Below, in pieces: positions 34,067-47,313 of a stretch of DNA of 64,000 nt. Position 1 is the stretch's first letter, and every line of letters starts with the position of its first letter. The notes under the pieces were generated by a model. The model saw only the letters and a list, made by a program, of their open reading frames with translations, was not told the origin of the DNA and did no database searches. The position numbers were made by a program, and so were the translations under genes. This DNA is from Eledone cirrhosa (lineage: Eukaryota), in assembly GCA_964016885.1 (NCBI GenBank), contig OZ024743.1, forward strand, positions 113,894,001 to 113,958,000, given 5' to 3'.

Positions 34067-34964
34067 CTGAAAAAAGAAAAAAAAATGTAAATGGAAGCTT
34101 GTTCAAACTCAACACAAACTCAGCATGGTAAGTGAACAGATAATTTAACCCTTCCTTGACCATTTGGTCAAGACATTCAGTGAAAGAGTGCCAAGTACCA
34201 AGAACTTGTGCAGGAGAGCTGGGAGAAAGGATGGCAGGGTAGGGTATTTCCAGTTGAGGTAGGCTGCAAGAGATTCCCAACTCTGTTGGTATGGAGAATG
34301 TTCACTGCCATCAGAATTACAAGAAAAGAAGGTAGCAAGATGGAGGAGGCAGCAGAATAAGTCTCTTGTTGGCTATGGAGCAGGAGAATGGGGTTAAGAT
34401 GAAAGCCAGGAAGAGAAGATGGGCTGTGATTTGGCCACCATTGCTGACCTACTGATGAGTGTGTGTTACACTTAAGGGGTGAAATATATAATGAACATTA
34501 AACACCATCAGATGATATCAACACCTGGTCAAGGCTATGTTCACTGAAGGTGAATGTGAGGCATCTTCTTTAAGATGTAATTATGCTAATGAAATACTTT
34601 ATATTCTACTTAATTAATAAAGAATTTAGGAAGGATTTACTAAAATTAAGAATTATGTTGGAAGAAACAAGGATGGCTTTGGGGCAGGATAGTATCAAAA
34701 GTTTTAAGATGGTAGTTGTAACATAACAAATAGTAAGAATGCACCATCACCATCATCACCACCACCACCACCAGTTTAATGTCTATTTTCCATGCTTGCC
34801 TGAGTTAGACAGGTTGTTACATTCTGAGACTAGACTGATCAGATGACCACGTCTAGGTCAGGTGTTCCATTCTGGCATGATTTTTATGGCTGGATGCCCT
34901 TCCTATTGCCAACCACTTCATGGTATTACCAGGAGCATTTTATTGTGACACTGCTAGTACCATC

Positions 34965-35420
34965 TAACAGGGTGGACTGGATGCTTTTTTATTGTAGCAC
35001 TAGTACTACCACTTTACAACATGAATTGAGAGAATTTTATTGTGGAACCAGTACTGCCACTTTACAGAGTGGGCTGGGTGCATTTTATCATGGCACTAGC
35101 ACTAACACTTTTCAGTGTGAACTGGGTGCTTTTTTATCATAGAACCATCATTACCACTTTATAGTATGGGCTGGGTGTTTTTTATCATAGAACCATCACT
35201 ACCACTTTATAGTGTGGGCTGGGGGCTTTTTATTGTAGCATTGCCACTACCACCAAACCAGGTGGACTAGCTGAACTTTATCCTGACACCAGCACAACTT
35301 TACTGAGTGGGCTGGGTGTATTTTATAGTGGCACCAGCACAACTTTACTGAGTGGGCTGGGTGCATATTATAATGGCACCGCCAATACAGAGTGTATTGG
35401 GTACATTTTATCATGGCATT
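34965..35420 (-). repeat. Minisatellite of about 45-bp units derived from an RTE 3' UTR module
   Basis: About 9-10 degenerate units of gtgggctgggtgcttttt(t)atc.tggcaccagcactaccactttaca attached to an RTE tail (34745-34960). Similar array at 42825-43190. Confidence 0.8.
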
Positions 35421-35459
35421 ACCTCTACCAATTCATGTAAAAGTTTAAAGAATATTTAC

Positions 35460-35615
35460 TATCATTAACAACCACACTGAATATGGGTGACATCATTGGT
35501 CCTTTTCCAGCAGGTGAAACAGCTTGCATCCATACTTTATATTGAAGGCCAGGTGTAAGGTCTGTAAGGATATAACTGGTATCATTGCCTCTCACGTGAA
35601 CCACATTAGCAGGAC
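35460..35615 (-). CDS. Cytokine receptor exon I (second half of FN3-5)
   Basis: ttttttctattaaag|GT...GATA|gtaaat; phases 1 to 1. (G)PANVVHVRGNDTSYILTDLTPGLQYKVWMQAVSPAGKGPMMSPIFSVVVND is a textbook FN3 C-terminal half. Confidence 0.9.
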
Positions 35616-35918
35616 CTTTAATAGAAAAAAAATTAAACAACCAATAAACATATGACAAAGAATGCAAACACAAAAACAAATAAATTAAGAAGACCCAACA
35701 GTTTATTTGATGTGTTGTTTGAACTATATAGAACTATTTATATATTGTCTTAGTAAGTACCATTTTCACTATTTCATTTTTCATATACAGAGAGAGAGGT
35801 TTGCTCCCACATGCTCTCTCTCTCTCATCCTTATTTATGATTTGTTAAATGATGATGAGGATGATCAAAAGTTAAAGTAGAAACAAATCAAGGACATTGA
35901 TAAAGGAGAAACACTTAC

Positions 35919-36074
35919 CATGACAAGTTTTTGTGGAATTTACAGGACAATAATAAATAAGATACTCAATAATTTGAGTAGGAGACTCCTCACATTTTAC
36001 TGCGTCCCAGGTTACCAATAAGGATTTATCTGTGATATCACCAAAGTTCATGCCTGAAGGGCCTCCAAGAGGTT
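35919..36074 (-). CDS. Cytokine receptor exon H (first half of FN3-5)
   Basis: ttccatcttcag|AA...CATG|gtaagt; phases 1 to 1. (K)PLGGPSGMNFGDITDKSLLVTWDAVKCEESPTQIIEYLIYYCPVNSTKTCH. Confidence 0.88.
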
Positions 36075-36800
36075 CTGAAGATGGAATAACAACAACAATA
36101 ATAATAATGGTTTCTGATTTAGGCACAAGGCCAACAATTTTTAGGGAAAGAAAAAGTAGATTAAATCGACACCAGTGCATTACTGGTACTATATTTTATC
36201 GACGCTGTAAGGATGAAAGACAAAGCTAACCCCAGTGGGATTAGATCTCAGGACGTAAATGGACATAACTCAATGGCACGAAGCATAGTTTCCAATGCTC
36301 TACTGATACTCCAATCCAATAATAATAATTGGGGTCAACATAAGGGTAGAGCACTTACAGAATTAACACTCCATAGAACTTCTAGAGTACTTAGAAAAGT
36401 GCTTGACAGTTGAAGGTGCCACCTCAGTCCACTCATTGAGGACTGAGGTGGCATCCATATTACATCACCAGCAACAAATACTCTACGAGAAGTGGAATAA
36501 TAATAAAGATAATTATTTCTAATTTTGGCTGGTGGCAGCAATTTTAGGGGAAAGGAAAGGCAATTATAGTGATCCCGGTACTTGACAGCTACTTTATTTT
36601 GACACCAGAAGAAAGCATATACAATATGTTTATGTATAACAACGTATATGAATATTTCATGATGTGATCATGTCACATCTATTATCTCAGTCGCAGTGTA
36701 AAGATGTGGGACATTTGAGTTTCAAGATTTTTAGCCATTATCAGAGACATTTATTCACTTAAGTACTGAGGTAACTATGTTTGTGGTACTTCTAATTCAT

Positions 36801-38405
36801 ATCATCATCATCATCGTTTAACATCCATTTTCCACGCTAGCATGGGTTTGGACGAGAATTGTCCCACTTGAGGCAAGATTGGTTGTCTTGCTAAGGACTG
36901 TCTGGCGGATTTTCTACGGCTGGATGCCCTTCCTAACACGAACCACGTTTACAGTGTGGACTGGGAGGTTTTTACCATGTTACCTACACGGCCACATTAC
37001 ACCGTGGACTGTGTGTTTTTTTGTCATGATACCTACACGACCTCATTTATTTAGGACTGGATGTTGTGGTACAAACATAACTTTATCGAAAGGGGTGGTG
37101 TAGATGGTGGTGGAGGTAGGGTTAGTGGGACGGGGGTGTATTTTGGTTAAGAGGTGCCTACTGACTGTAGGTTTTGCTTTGTACTTAGGCAAGGCGGGTC
37201 TTATGTATTACTACATAGCGCCAAAGATCTCGGTCCAGTGACATTGTCTTGGAGAGGTGTAAGTGTGTGAGATCGGATTTTATCAAGCCGTCCCAGGTTT
37301 TTCTGGATCTGCCTACTCCATAGCTACCGTCTATTTTGATCGCCCTGCACTTTTTTATACAGCTGTCATCTTTCATGCGCATCACATGACCATACCAACG
37401 TTGTCTTCTCTCGAGTAAACAGCATCTGATTCCTCTTATTCCTAATTTCTCACTTAGTTCATTTATGCTTTGCTGTTCGCGTATATTACTATTACACATT
37501 CAACGGAGCATGCAAGCTTCGTTCCTCTCCAGTCTGCGTAGATCCTCTGCACACAAGGCCCATGTCTCACTGCCATGTAACATCGCTGTTCGTATGCAGG
37601 CATCATACAGCCTGCCTTTTATTTTTAGAGAGAAACCTTTAGCGGCCAATAGTGGTATAAGCTCTCTGAACTTTTTCCATCCCGTTCAGACCCTAGCTAC
37701 AGTACTTTCGGAGCACCCTCCACCACTGCTGATTTTGTTACCCAGGTAACGGAAGCTGTCCTCTATTTCTGTAGAACCATCTGGGCAATGGAATGAGCTA
37801 GTATTCTGTGGACATTTGCTGCTACTTATTGCACCAGAGCACCGGCCACATATAAAATCTGTATTCTTAGTTAGCTTACCTGTCATCCCACTACATCTTT
37901 TATGCACCCATACATTGTATTTGGACATAAAATGGAGTTTCTGCCTACTCCTTTCCTACACACTAAGCATGGCCATTTCCCAGATGGGACCAGTGCCCTA
38001 TTTTCCTTCCTACATATTATGACTTTAGTCTTAGACAAGTTAACTTTAAGGCCTTTTGATTCTAGGCCATGCTTCCATGTTTGGAATTTCTTCTCTATTT
38101 CAGCCATCGATTCAGCTATGAACGTTAGATCATCTGCGTATAGAAGTTCCCATGGGCAGCCGGTCTTGAACTCTTCCATTATAGCTTGGAGGGCGATAAT
38201 AAATAGGAGGGGCTAAGGACGGAGCCCTGATGAACACCAACTTTTACGCTAAACTCTTCACTATATTCGTTGTTAATTCTAACCTTGCTGACTGTTTCTT
38301 TATACATGGCTTGTATAGCTCTCACAAGCCATTCATCTACACCTAGTTTTCTAAGAGCCCACCAGATAATGGAGCGAGGGACTGTCAAAGGCTTTCTCCA
38401 GGTCT
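36801..38405 (-). mobile_element. RTE LINE copy, frameshifted, close to the 18.7 kb subfamily, in a receptor intron
   Basis: Four ORF fragments (38179-38388, 37883-38179, 37686-37928, 37185-37499) tile the RT C-terminal half; same 3' UTR; tail reads (CAT)n on plus. Confidence 0.92.
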
Positions 38406-40481
38406 ACATATATATATACACATACACACACACACATATATATATATAGAGTGGGTAATATGAAAAGAGTCAGTACCCCGACGACTGAGATCCGGCCATT
38501 TCAACAGCTAGATCCGTATATCCATATATGTATATGTATGTGTGTATATAAATATATATATATATATATATTAGTAAAGAGGACCAAGGTTTCTAATTAA
38601 ATCAATCTTTAATATGTACAATCGTTTCTAAAGGGGTAATAAGCTTGCATGTATATGCAAACAATGAATCAATCAGTTATAATTAATTAACGATTATCCA
38701 CACACTATACAAACATACCTGTATATGATCAGGAGTATTTAGAGGAATTGAATTCAACAAAAACATGAATGAAGACATTAGCCAATACTGAATATAGGCA
38801 AGCAATGAAAAAGGCATACTAAGCAGGTAAAAGCATAAGGTGGTAATTGCAGTGAAGAATTATATTTTTAGGCTTATGAGGCATAAGCTTAAATGGTATG
38901 AGCATGTGATGTGCATGAAGGATGACAGCTGTATAAAAAGGCGCAGGGCGCTCGAAGTTGTAGGGTGCTCTGGAAGAGAAAGACCTAGGAAGATGTATCA
39001 TGAAATGATAAAGGCTAACTTGGCACAGTTCAACCTCTTGATGGAGATGACCCAGGACTGAGACCTCAGGCGCTACCATGTACAACAGAAGACCTGAGCT
39101 GACAACCCAGTTTAGCCCATACCATAAATGTGGTTTGCATACGGCAAAAGTAAAAACCCAGTCAAAAGATGGTCCCATGTAAGCAAGGTACAGCACTGCC
39201 AACAGCCAGTCTTACCTCATACATGTGAGCACCCAGTCTCACACTGTTAAATGTGGTTGGTGTTAGAAAAGGCATCCAGCAGCTGTAAAAATCCCAGCCA
39301 AAACACAAGTACCACTATGAGCAAGGTTCGATGCGGCCAACTGCCCTGATTTGCCTCATATATGACGTTAAAAGGGTGATGATGATGCGTGTGTGTATAC
39401 ATAAATACGTATGTACCTGTAGCTGTTTCTACAGACACAAGAAAGAGTTGCGCCCCTTGGTATCAAAAAGGAATCAGTCATTTGATAATTAGTAATCAAT
39501 ATAATAAAAACCCTAGTAAAATACGTCCTGAGCAAGATACAATCGACCAGATTCCATTAAAAACACCATCCCTGCAAAGTTACAGTCAGCTGACTGAAAC
39601 CAGTAAGAAAAGAAATTTGAAACTATAAGCTCCGAGAAATATTTGCCTAAGTTCTCTCCCTTGAACACTATGTTAAAAAGTATACCTACTCTCTTTCTCA
39701 CACTCACTACCCCAATCTCTCTCTTTATATATATATATACACACACAAATACATATACATATATATATATATATAAAAAGGTAGGTCTAGGGTGAGGTAC
39801 TTAGCTAGTGGAACATGGAGTATTAAGACGTGAGAGGTGTATGGAAAGCGAGGAACAGAAGTTGTGCACACTAGACATACCAGATGTTGCTTCAACCCAT
39901 GCACATGGGAAGACATGTCTGCTGCAGTACTGCAGAGCGCCAGAGATCTCAGCCCTCTTTTATTCCCTTTGAGAGGTGTAATTGTCTGATGGTCAGCTTA
40001 TATCATCTCATCAGAAGCTTTTTTAGGACTTCCTCTTCCATAACTTCCATCAACATTTAGCGCCTTGCACCTTTTTACACAGCTCATATCCTTCATAAGT
40101 ATCTCATGTCCATACCACCGCAATCTCCTTCTCATTGCATCTGATTCCTCTTATGCCCAGTTTCTCTCACAGTTCATTTACTTTGCTGTTCATGTATAAT
40201 ACTATTACACATCCATTGGAGGATGCAAACTTCATTTCTTTCCAATCTTCATAGGTCCTCTGCACACAGTGCCCAGAGATCACTACCATGTAATATTGCT
40301 GTTCGTATACACACATCATTCAACCTGCCCTTCATTTTAAAGGGAAAACCTTTTGTAGCTAGCAGCAGTAGTAACTCCCTGAACTTTCTCCATCCCATTC
40401 TCACTCTGGCTACTGTAGTATGTATGTGTGTATATATAAATATACACACACACACACACATGTATACACACATATATATAT

Positions 40482-40514
<33 letters not shown>

Positions 40515-40529
40515 CACACACACACACAT

Positions 40530-40636
<107 letters not shown>

Positions 40637-40987
40637 CACACATGTATATACATATACATGTGTATACACATGCAAGAATACACATATACACACATACACA
40701 TTTCTTCTATCTTTCCATTCTTTTATTTCTCATTTCATCTTCTGATGACGATCTAATGCCAAAAACATTAAATCTCTTACTCTACTATATCAAGCATTAA
40801 ACTAATATCTATCTTCATTGTATTGTATTGTTTGATGTGTTGTTTTCTGTTTACCTTTCTCACACACACACATACATTATATATACTTACACATACATAC
40901 ATATAAAATTCCTTAAACAGTCCAACAACAAAGTTTTCAGATTTAAATGATTTACAAAAAAAGATTAAAAATCAAGGATCAACTTAC

Positions 40988-41201
40988 TCCAGTCTTTTCT
41001 GAATATGCAGGGAGCCCAAACTAAACCACTGCTTATACTCTTTCTCTTATCATTACTACTACCATCTTCTAATCTTGGCTCCAATCCTGCAAAGTTAGCT
41101 TCGGTTGCAATTCCAAAGATTAAATTTTTCATAAAACGACCTTCGAACTTCATGGAATGTTCAAGTGTGGATTTTGGTAAATGAATCCATTCTGGATCAT
41201 C
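40988..41201 (-). CDS. Cytokine receptor exon G (second half of FN3-4)
   Basis: tttattcttatag|GAT...TGGA|gtaagt; phases 0 to 1. DDPEWIHLPKSTLEHSMKFEGRFMKNLIFGIATEANFAGLEPRLEDGSSNDKRKSISSGLVWAPCIFRKDW; SSG-x-V-W-x-x-C recalls invertebrate Domeless-type receptors. Confidence 0.87.
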
Positions 41202-42174
41202 CTATAAGAATAAAATAATATGCTCATTTAAATTCAAATAAAATGTTAACACATGTAAGTAAAACAATTGTATATTTTACTCTCTCTAGTCTTCATTAAC
41301 ATGCAACTATCCCTTCTGATACAAAACTGCCTGAAACTACCCTGGTTTTATGATTAAAAAAATTGCACATATTAAAACTTCCATTATAATTTTTATTTGA
41401 GAAATTTTTCTTAACCCTTTAGCATTTACATTACTCTATATATACTATTGTATTTTTGTGGTAAAGGCTTTACCTCATATAATTGTCTCACATATTATCG
41501 AATATGAGATTTTGATATTATCTATTTTGAGAACAATACCTCAAAGTTGGCTTCAGGAGCCAGTTATGGTTGGTTTCAACAGAAAGAGGTGAGAGAATTC
41601 TGGCCAGATATGGCCGGTTTGAATACTAAAGGGTTAAGTAATGTTTACTAAGGCAAACTTTATCTTATCATATTCTTCAAATTTTCCAAATTATTAGAAA
41701 CATTTCATTAGAAACACAATAACAAGGGGATTTAACCCTTTAGGATTTAAACTGGCTCTATCCGGCCAGAATTCTCTCAACTCTTTCTGTTCAAACTGGC
41801 CACTCATGATGTTCATACTGATGTTAAAGCATTGTTTTCAAAATAAATAATATCAAAATCTCATAGATTCGATATTATATGTAATATTATGTGAGATAAA
41901 GCCATTACCAAGAAAATACAATAGTATATATAGAGTAATGGAAATGCTAAAGGGTTAAACCCTCAAACTTGTTATAAAATCTATAAATTTGGGTAAAGCA
42001 ATATATAGAGAGAGAGCTATTATGTTGTGGAATATTTATTTTTCCCATCCAATACACAGGGAAAACTGTGACATTCACTGACATAAATCCATTACAGTGG
42101 AATTGTGGTAGTCACGATACACAGGCAGAGTGTATATACAAATAAATACAATGATTTTTTTTTATTATTGGATC

Positions 42175-42267
42175 ACCAGTCTGAAGAGCAGATCAATAAA
42201 AGGAGTCAGGTCCATAACTTCTATGGGTGAACCTGAGCCAATCCTATGCAAAATGAGCGTAACAGGT
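42175..42267 (+). pseudogene. Decayed hammerhead ribozyme
   Basis: accagt CTGAAGA gca...tgc AAAA tgagcg TA acaggt. GAAA has become AAAA and stem I has one mismatch; nested hairpins (tcaggt/acctga, ccata/tatgg) lie in stem II. Confidence 0.55.
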
Positions 42268-43393
42268 CGATATACAATAAAAAAAAAACTAAATACATGT
42301 AAACGAAACTTCTTCGTATTTACTAATATTATACATATATACATATATGAAGAGAGAAATGGAGAGACACATAGACAGATATAACTATTTGTAAGAAAGC
42401 ATAGTTTAGCATAGGGAGGTAGTGGTTTGTATTTAGCGAAGGTTTTTAGAACCTTGTGTTTGTGATTCCTGTATGTATTATGAAGAAGTATTATTTAGTA
42501 TTGGCTTACACATAGCAGTGTGTCTCTTTGACTTTCCATTGTGTAATCAAGACACCTCTTTACTTTCATCACAAACAGTGTGATGGAAATGTTGTACATA
42601 ATGAAAGAAATGGAAAGTGAATATCAAAGATTTTATATCATCATCATTTAACATCTATTTTCCATCCTTGCAGGGTTTAGATTTTTTTATCACATTCTGA
42701 GGTCACCACATCTTGCTCATATATTCAATTTTGGCTTGATCTCCACGGCTGAATGCTCTTCCTTATGCCAACCACCTTACAAAGAGGGCAGGGAGAATTT
42801 CAATGTGAATCCAGAATTACCAACTTACAGAGTGAACTGGGTACTTTTTGGTTGTGGTACCATCACTACAGCCTTACAGGGCAGGCCGTTTTTTGTTTGT
42901 TTGTTTAGGTGGCACTAACACTACTTTACAGCATAGACTGAGTGCCTTTTGTCATGACACCAGAACTACTCCTTTACAGCATGGACTGGGTGCCTTTTGT
43001 CATGACACCAGCACTACTACTTTACAGCATGGACTGTATGCAGTTTTGCCATGGCAGCAGCACTACCAGGTGGATTGGAAACTTTTTTTAATGTGACACC
43101 AGTGCTACGATATTACTGGGTTGACTGGTCACTTTTTTGACATAGCACCAGCATTACTACATTACAGGGTAGACTGGGTGCTTTTTATATTATATTTTAT
43201 TACTTAAAACAACTCTTCTATGATGGACTTGCTTTGGTTTCAACATGGGATCTTAAAGAAAGTCACTTTGCCAAAATTTATAAATTAAAACAAAAATGTA
43301 ATTCTGAAATTATAAAATTTTTAAAACAAACAAATGAACAAACTATAAATCCTTCCCTACAATTCAATGGAATTGTGAAATTGAGGAACTTAC

Positions 43394-43566
43394 TTCACAG
43401 TTATAAATAATATTTGATGATTTATGACACCACATCAGCAAGTATCTCCAAGATTTGATTCCTTTTACTTCTGTTGATGGCTTGCCCCAAGTTAATGTTA
43501 AATTAAATAAACTTGTCTCTTTAATAGGCAATGTTTCAGCAGTGAAATTTGTGGGTTGTCCAGGTC
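43394..43566 (-). CDS. Cytokine receptor exon F (first half of FN3-4)
   Basis: Not in the ORF track. ttttctgtcccaag|GA...TGTGAA|gtaagt; phases 1 to 0. (R)PGQPTNFTAETLPIKETSLFNLTLTWGKPSTEVKGIKSWRYLLMWCHKSSNIIYNCE (L-T-W-x-x-P...Y-x-x-x-W-C). Confidence 0.83.
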
Positions 43567-44188
43567 CTTGGGACAGAAAATATAAGTTGTTTGGTAAATA
43601 TCACAAGATAGAAATGGATGAATAAAAAATTATTTCTATTTCAGGCACTAGGCCAGCAATATATATATATATATATATATATAAATTAATTAAAAATTTA
43701 GAAGGAACAAGGGGCTGTGTGGTTACTTGATAAAGGAAAGCACAAACAAGAGACAGGTCCCCTCTTCAGTTGTCTGCTGGGGGTCTTGGACATTTCAACA
43801 CACTAAAGACAATATGTCTATATATATATATTTGGGGACCCCCCCATTATATCGAGATGGAACTTTATTTTATGAACCTTAGAAGGATGAAAGGCAGAGT
43901 CAACCTTGGTAGGATCTGAATTCAGAACGTAGAAAGTTGCCACTAAATACTGCAAAGCATTTTGTCTGATCCTCTATTGATTTTGATGACCCACTCTCCT
44001 TACAAGCATAAATGATAAACAAAAATAAATGGTAAAAAAAATGAAAGGAAAGGAAAAAAATAAGAGAGTTAGCTGAGTATAATATTTTTTGAGAATCATA
44101 TATCAAATATTTTGGACATTAGAATTGCCAGAGTCATTAAAACATAGGACAAAAATCTTTGCAGTATTCAGGGTTGACATTAACTTAC

Positions 44189-44408
44189 TTCTGTCAACAG
44201 TTTCAATGAAAAGTGTTGAGTATCCTGTGGAGAAATTAACATCATTTCTGGCATAGAGACGTAGTTGGTAGGATTTATCATCTCTTAGACAAATCATTGC
44301 TGAAGCAAGTCCTTGTCTTACTTCTACTTCCATCCAGTTCTCATGTTTTGGTCGGTATTGAATCAAGAAACCTTGAGGTTTACCGTATTGAAATTGGAGA
44401 GGAACTTT
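44189..44408 (-). CDS. Cytokine receptor exon E (second half of FN3-3)
   Basis: aatcctcag|AAA...AGAA|gtaagt; phases 0 to 1. KVPLQFQYGKPQGFLIQYRPKHENWMEVEVRQGLASAMICLRDDKSYQLRLYARNDVNFSTGYSTLFIETVDR. Confidence 0.87.
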
Positions 44409-45585
44409 CTGAGGATTAAAAGAATCAAGAAGCTACATTAGCCTTAGGAATAACAAAAGAGAAAAACAAATGTAAAAACGGTGAGTCAATGAGGCAGCCT
44501 CTATGAGGTCAGTTGACTAGCTGGCAGTAGTAGCCAAATCTTTGAACCTTAATCATACCCTACCCTCTTTAAAAGAACAAACAAACAAAAAACACACATA
44601 CACTGAGCACTGTAATCTTTGATATGAAAAGAAAATATGGAATAGTCAGGTATGGAATGCCTTTCATCCTAGGTCTGCTAGATCAAGGCTGACTTGTGAG
44701 TAAACAATGACCACAATCACTACCAAGATTACATTCAGATCCACCTCCAACATTCATTAAACCAATGAAGGAGCTTTTACATAGTCATTCGACTAGCTAG
44801 AAATAGAACTCAAGTCTCTGACTCTAAATCATACCCTACTGTCTTAAAAAAAAAGATGAAGGGTGTATTTGTAGTCTTAGATATATCATCATCATCATTC
44901 AATGTCCACTTTCCTTGATAGCAAGGATTGGACACGTTGTCAGCAGAGCAGGTCAGTATTCAAGTAGAGGAACTGACCCCAAATAGGAACATGGAGCATG
45001 CATCTCGTTTATATATGTCCATGCACTCTACCAAGTGCTTATCATGTAGAAAGAAAAAAACATAGCCAGGATGATCATGGATAGAAAGACGTTGATCAAT
45101 TATCAAAGTCCAGGGTCGATACAGTACCAATCAACATCAATTGGGGTTGATTTAACCAATGATACACTCCCAAAAATTGTGTGACCATGTGCCATTGTTA
45201 GAAATTATTATTTTTATTTTAAAACATTCCTATAAGTTCTGAGTTCAAATATTGACAGGGGCAACTTTGTCTTTCATCCATCTGGAATCAATAAAATAAA
45301 TTAGGAATCAAATCTATATTTTCATTATCATCATCGTCAACATCATCATCATCACATTTAACATCTGTTTTCCTTGCTAGCCAAGGTTGGATTGGTCATC
45401 ACAGACAGAATAAGTACTCAAGTGGAGCAAGTGACCTCTCAGATAGGTCAAGGGCCTGCATCATGCTTCTAAAAATTACATGTCCAGTACTGGCGTCAAC
45501 TTTTCCTCTCTCTGGAAGAAATCAGCTTATTCAGACCTGGAAAGGAGATAGTTATGGATTCATACATACATAAGAGAATACGTAC

Positions 45586-45677
45586 CTTCCAATAGAGCAT
45601 AACTTGAGAACAGTGCTTGTTTGACTGCTGGGCCATTCTGAAATAAGTGCCGGGTATAGAAGGTGCTTTCTCAGGAA
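45586..45677 (-). CDS. Cytokine receptor exon D (first half of FN3-3)
   Basis: atttcag|TT...TGGAAG|gtacgt; phases 1 to 0. (V)PEKAPSIPGTYFRMAQQSNKHCSQVMLYWK matches the P-x-x-A-P...V-x-L-x-W-K pattern. Confidence 0.85.
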
Positions 45678-47165
45678 CTGAAATAGTTAAATAATACATT
45701 TACACCTGCTTTCCATATTGGCATGGATGGTTTGGTGGACACTGTCCAAATCAGTCTTTACTGGGGGTCTCTGCCATCTATATCTCACTTATTCCCTTTG
45801 GGATGGTTTCAAAGGTTGGATATACTTCCTAATGCCTGCAACTTTTCAGTGTGTACTGGGTGCATTTTATCTTGGCACAAGCAGTAGAGAGGGAATCACA
45901 GAGGGTCGGACGCCATGCTTTCCAGCATAGTTATGTCCCTTTACGATCTGAGTTCAAATCCAGCCGAGGTTGACTTTGCCTTTCATCCTTACGGGGTCGA
46001 TAAAATAAAGTACCAGTAATGCACTGGGTAATTGCTGGCCTTGTGCCTAAAGTAGAAACAATTATCTCTATTTAACACCAACACTAGAGAGGTTGTCATG
46101 CCTTCAGCAAGACTATTGTGTTCCTAAGACCTCATATTATCTCTAACCTCCAACACTAGAGAGGCTGTTATGCCTTCAGCAAGGCTAAATGCTCATTTGA
46201 CCTTCCATTGTTTCTGCTCAACACCAGCACCAAAGATGTTATTCCTTCAACAAGACAAAAAAGGCCTCTCAACTTTATACAGTCTCCACTCATTCACCAA
46301 ACACTGCATGATATATGAGATGTAATGTGTAAACCTAAAATGATTCACAGGTCATGTTTTTTTGCCTTTTTCTACAATCTGTTCAAGGGAAAGACACCAA
46401 AATGTTAGATTTTCTAACTTCTTGTGGAAATTGAATTAATCCCACATTCCACAAACACTTCATAAAAATATTTAGATTTTATTTAGAGACATTCTCAAGC
46501 TGCCAAGGTGTTATTGTGGTTCTTGTTGTTCAAACAGACTTTTGATGAAGCATGTACAGGCAATACAAAGGCCAATAGCCTGTACAGATAAAACATGTCT
46601 CATACAGCAATTTAATTTGTGTGGTTGGTGTTTTTTTTTTGTATTCACTGATCTTCTAAGATTTGGGACTTAGCCTATTTCAAAGCAACCCACCTACAAT
46701 AGTATCTGGTTCTATGATACAAACTGACTGTTTAAAAGTGTTTGTAATAAAACCTATAATAGACCAGGAGTGGTTTCTGGTGGTTTAGTATCAAAACAAT
46801 TAATATGCTTATATTAACCCCTTTAACATTTACATTACTCTATATATACTATTATATTTTCACAGTAAAGGCTTTACCTCACTTAATTATCTCATAATAT
46901 CGAATCTATGAGATTTTGATATTATTTATTTTGAGAATAATAACTTAACGTCAGTATGACTGGCTGGCTACAGCCAGTTTAAACAGAAAAAGATAAGAGA
47001 ATTCTGGCCGGTTCTGGCCAATTTAAATACTAAAGGGTTAAATTAAAACCGCCCATGATAAACCAGGAACAATTTCAAGGATAAGGTGTTTATATTGAAT
47101 TAAGATTTTCCATAAACCAAAGGTGGTTTCAGGCAGTTTGTTATGAAAGGGGTTAGGCTACTCAC

Positions 47166-47313
47166 CTTCTGATGGAGTTTTGAAAGTAATCACAGTTTTG
47201 TCACTCCAGAAAGATTTCTTAGTAACTTGAGGAAGGCAAGATATACTAAAGTTGTACAGTGTATAGGGAGTCAGTCCACAAAGGAGAAACGATTTTCTTG
47301 TGACATCCTTTTC
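47166..47313 (-). CDS. Cytokine receptor exon C (second half of D2, WSXWS-like motif)
   Basis: ttttattttcag|GAA...GAAG|gtgagt; phases 0 to 1. EKDVTRKSFLLCGLTPYTLYNFSISCLPQVTKKSFWSDKTVITFKTPSE contains the FN3 L-x-P-x-T-x-Y motif and SFWSDK at the WSXWS position. Confidence 0.88.

Noticed and set aside
34965-35420. CRISPR-like array
   Set aside because: Degenerate tandem units without unique spacers, no cas genes, eukaryotic context.
43683-43820. Hammerhead in a TA-flanked insert (CTGAAGA-ggggac...gtctct on minus)
   Set aside because: No GAAA, stem III or stem I after stem II. Similar half-motifs at about 32510-32521 and 38616-38628 are also incomplete.
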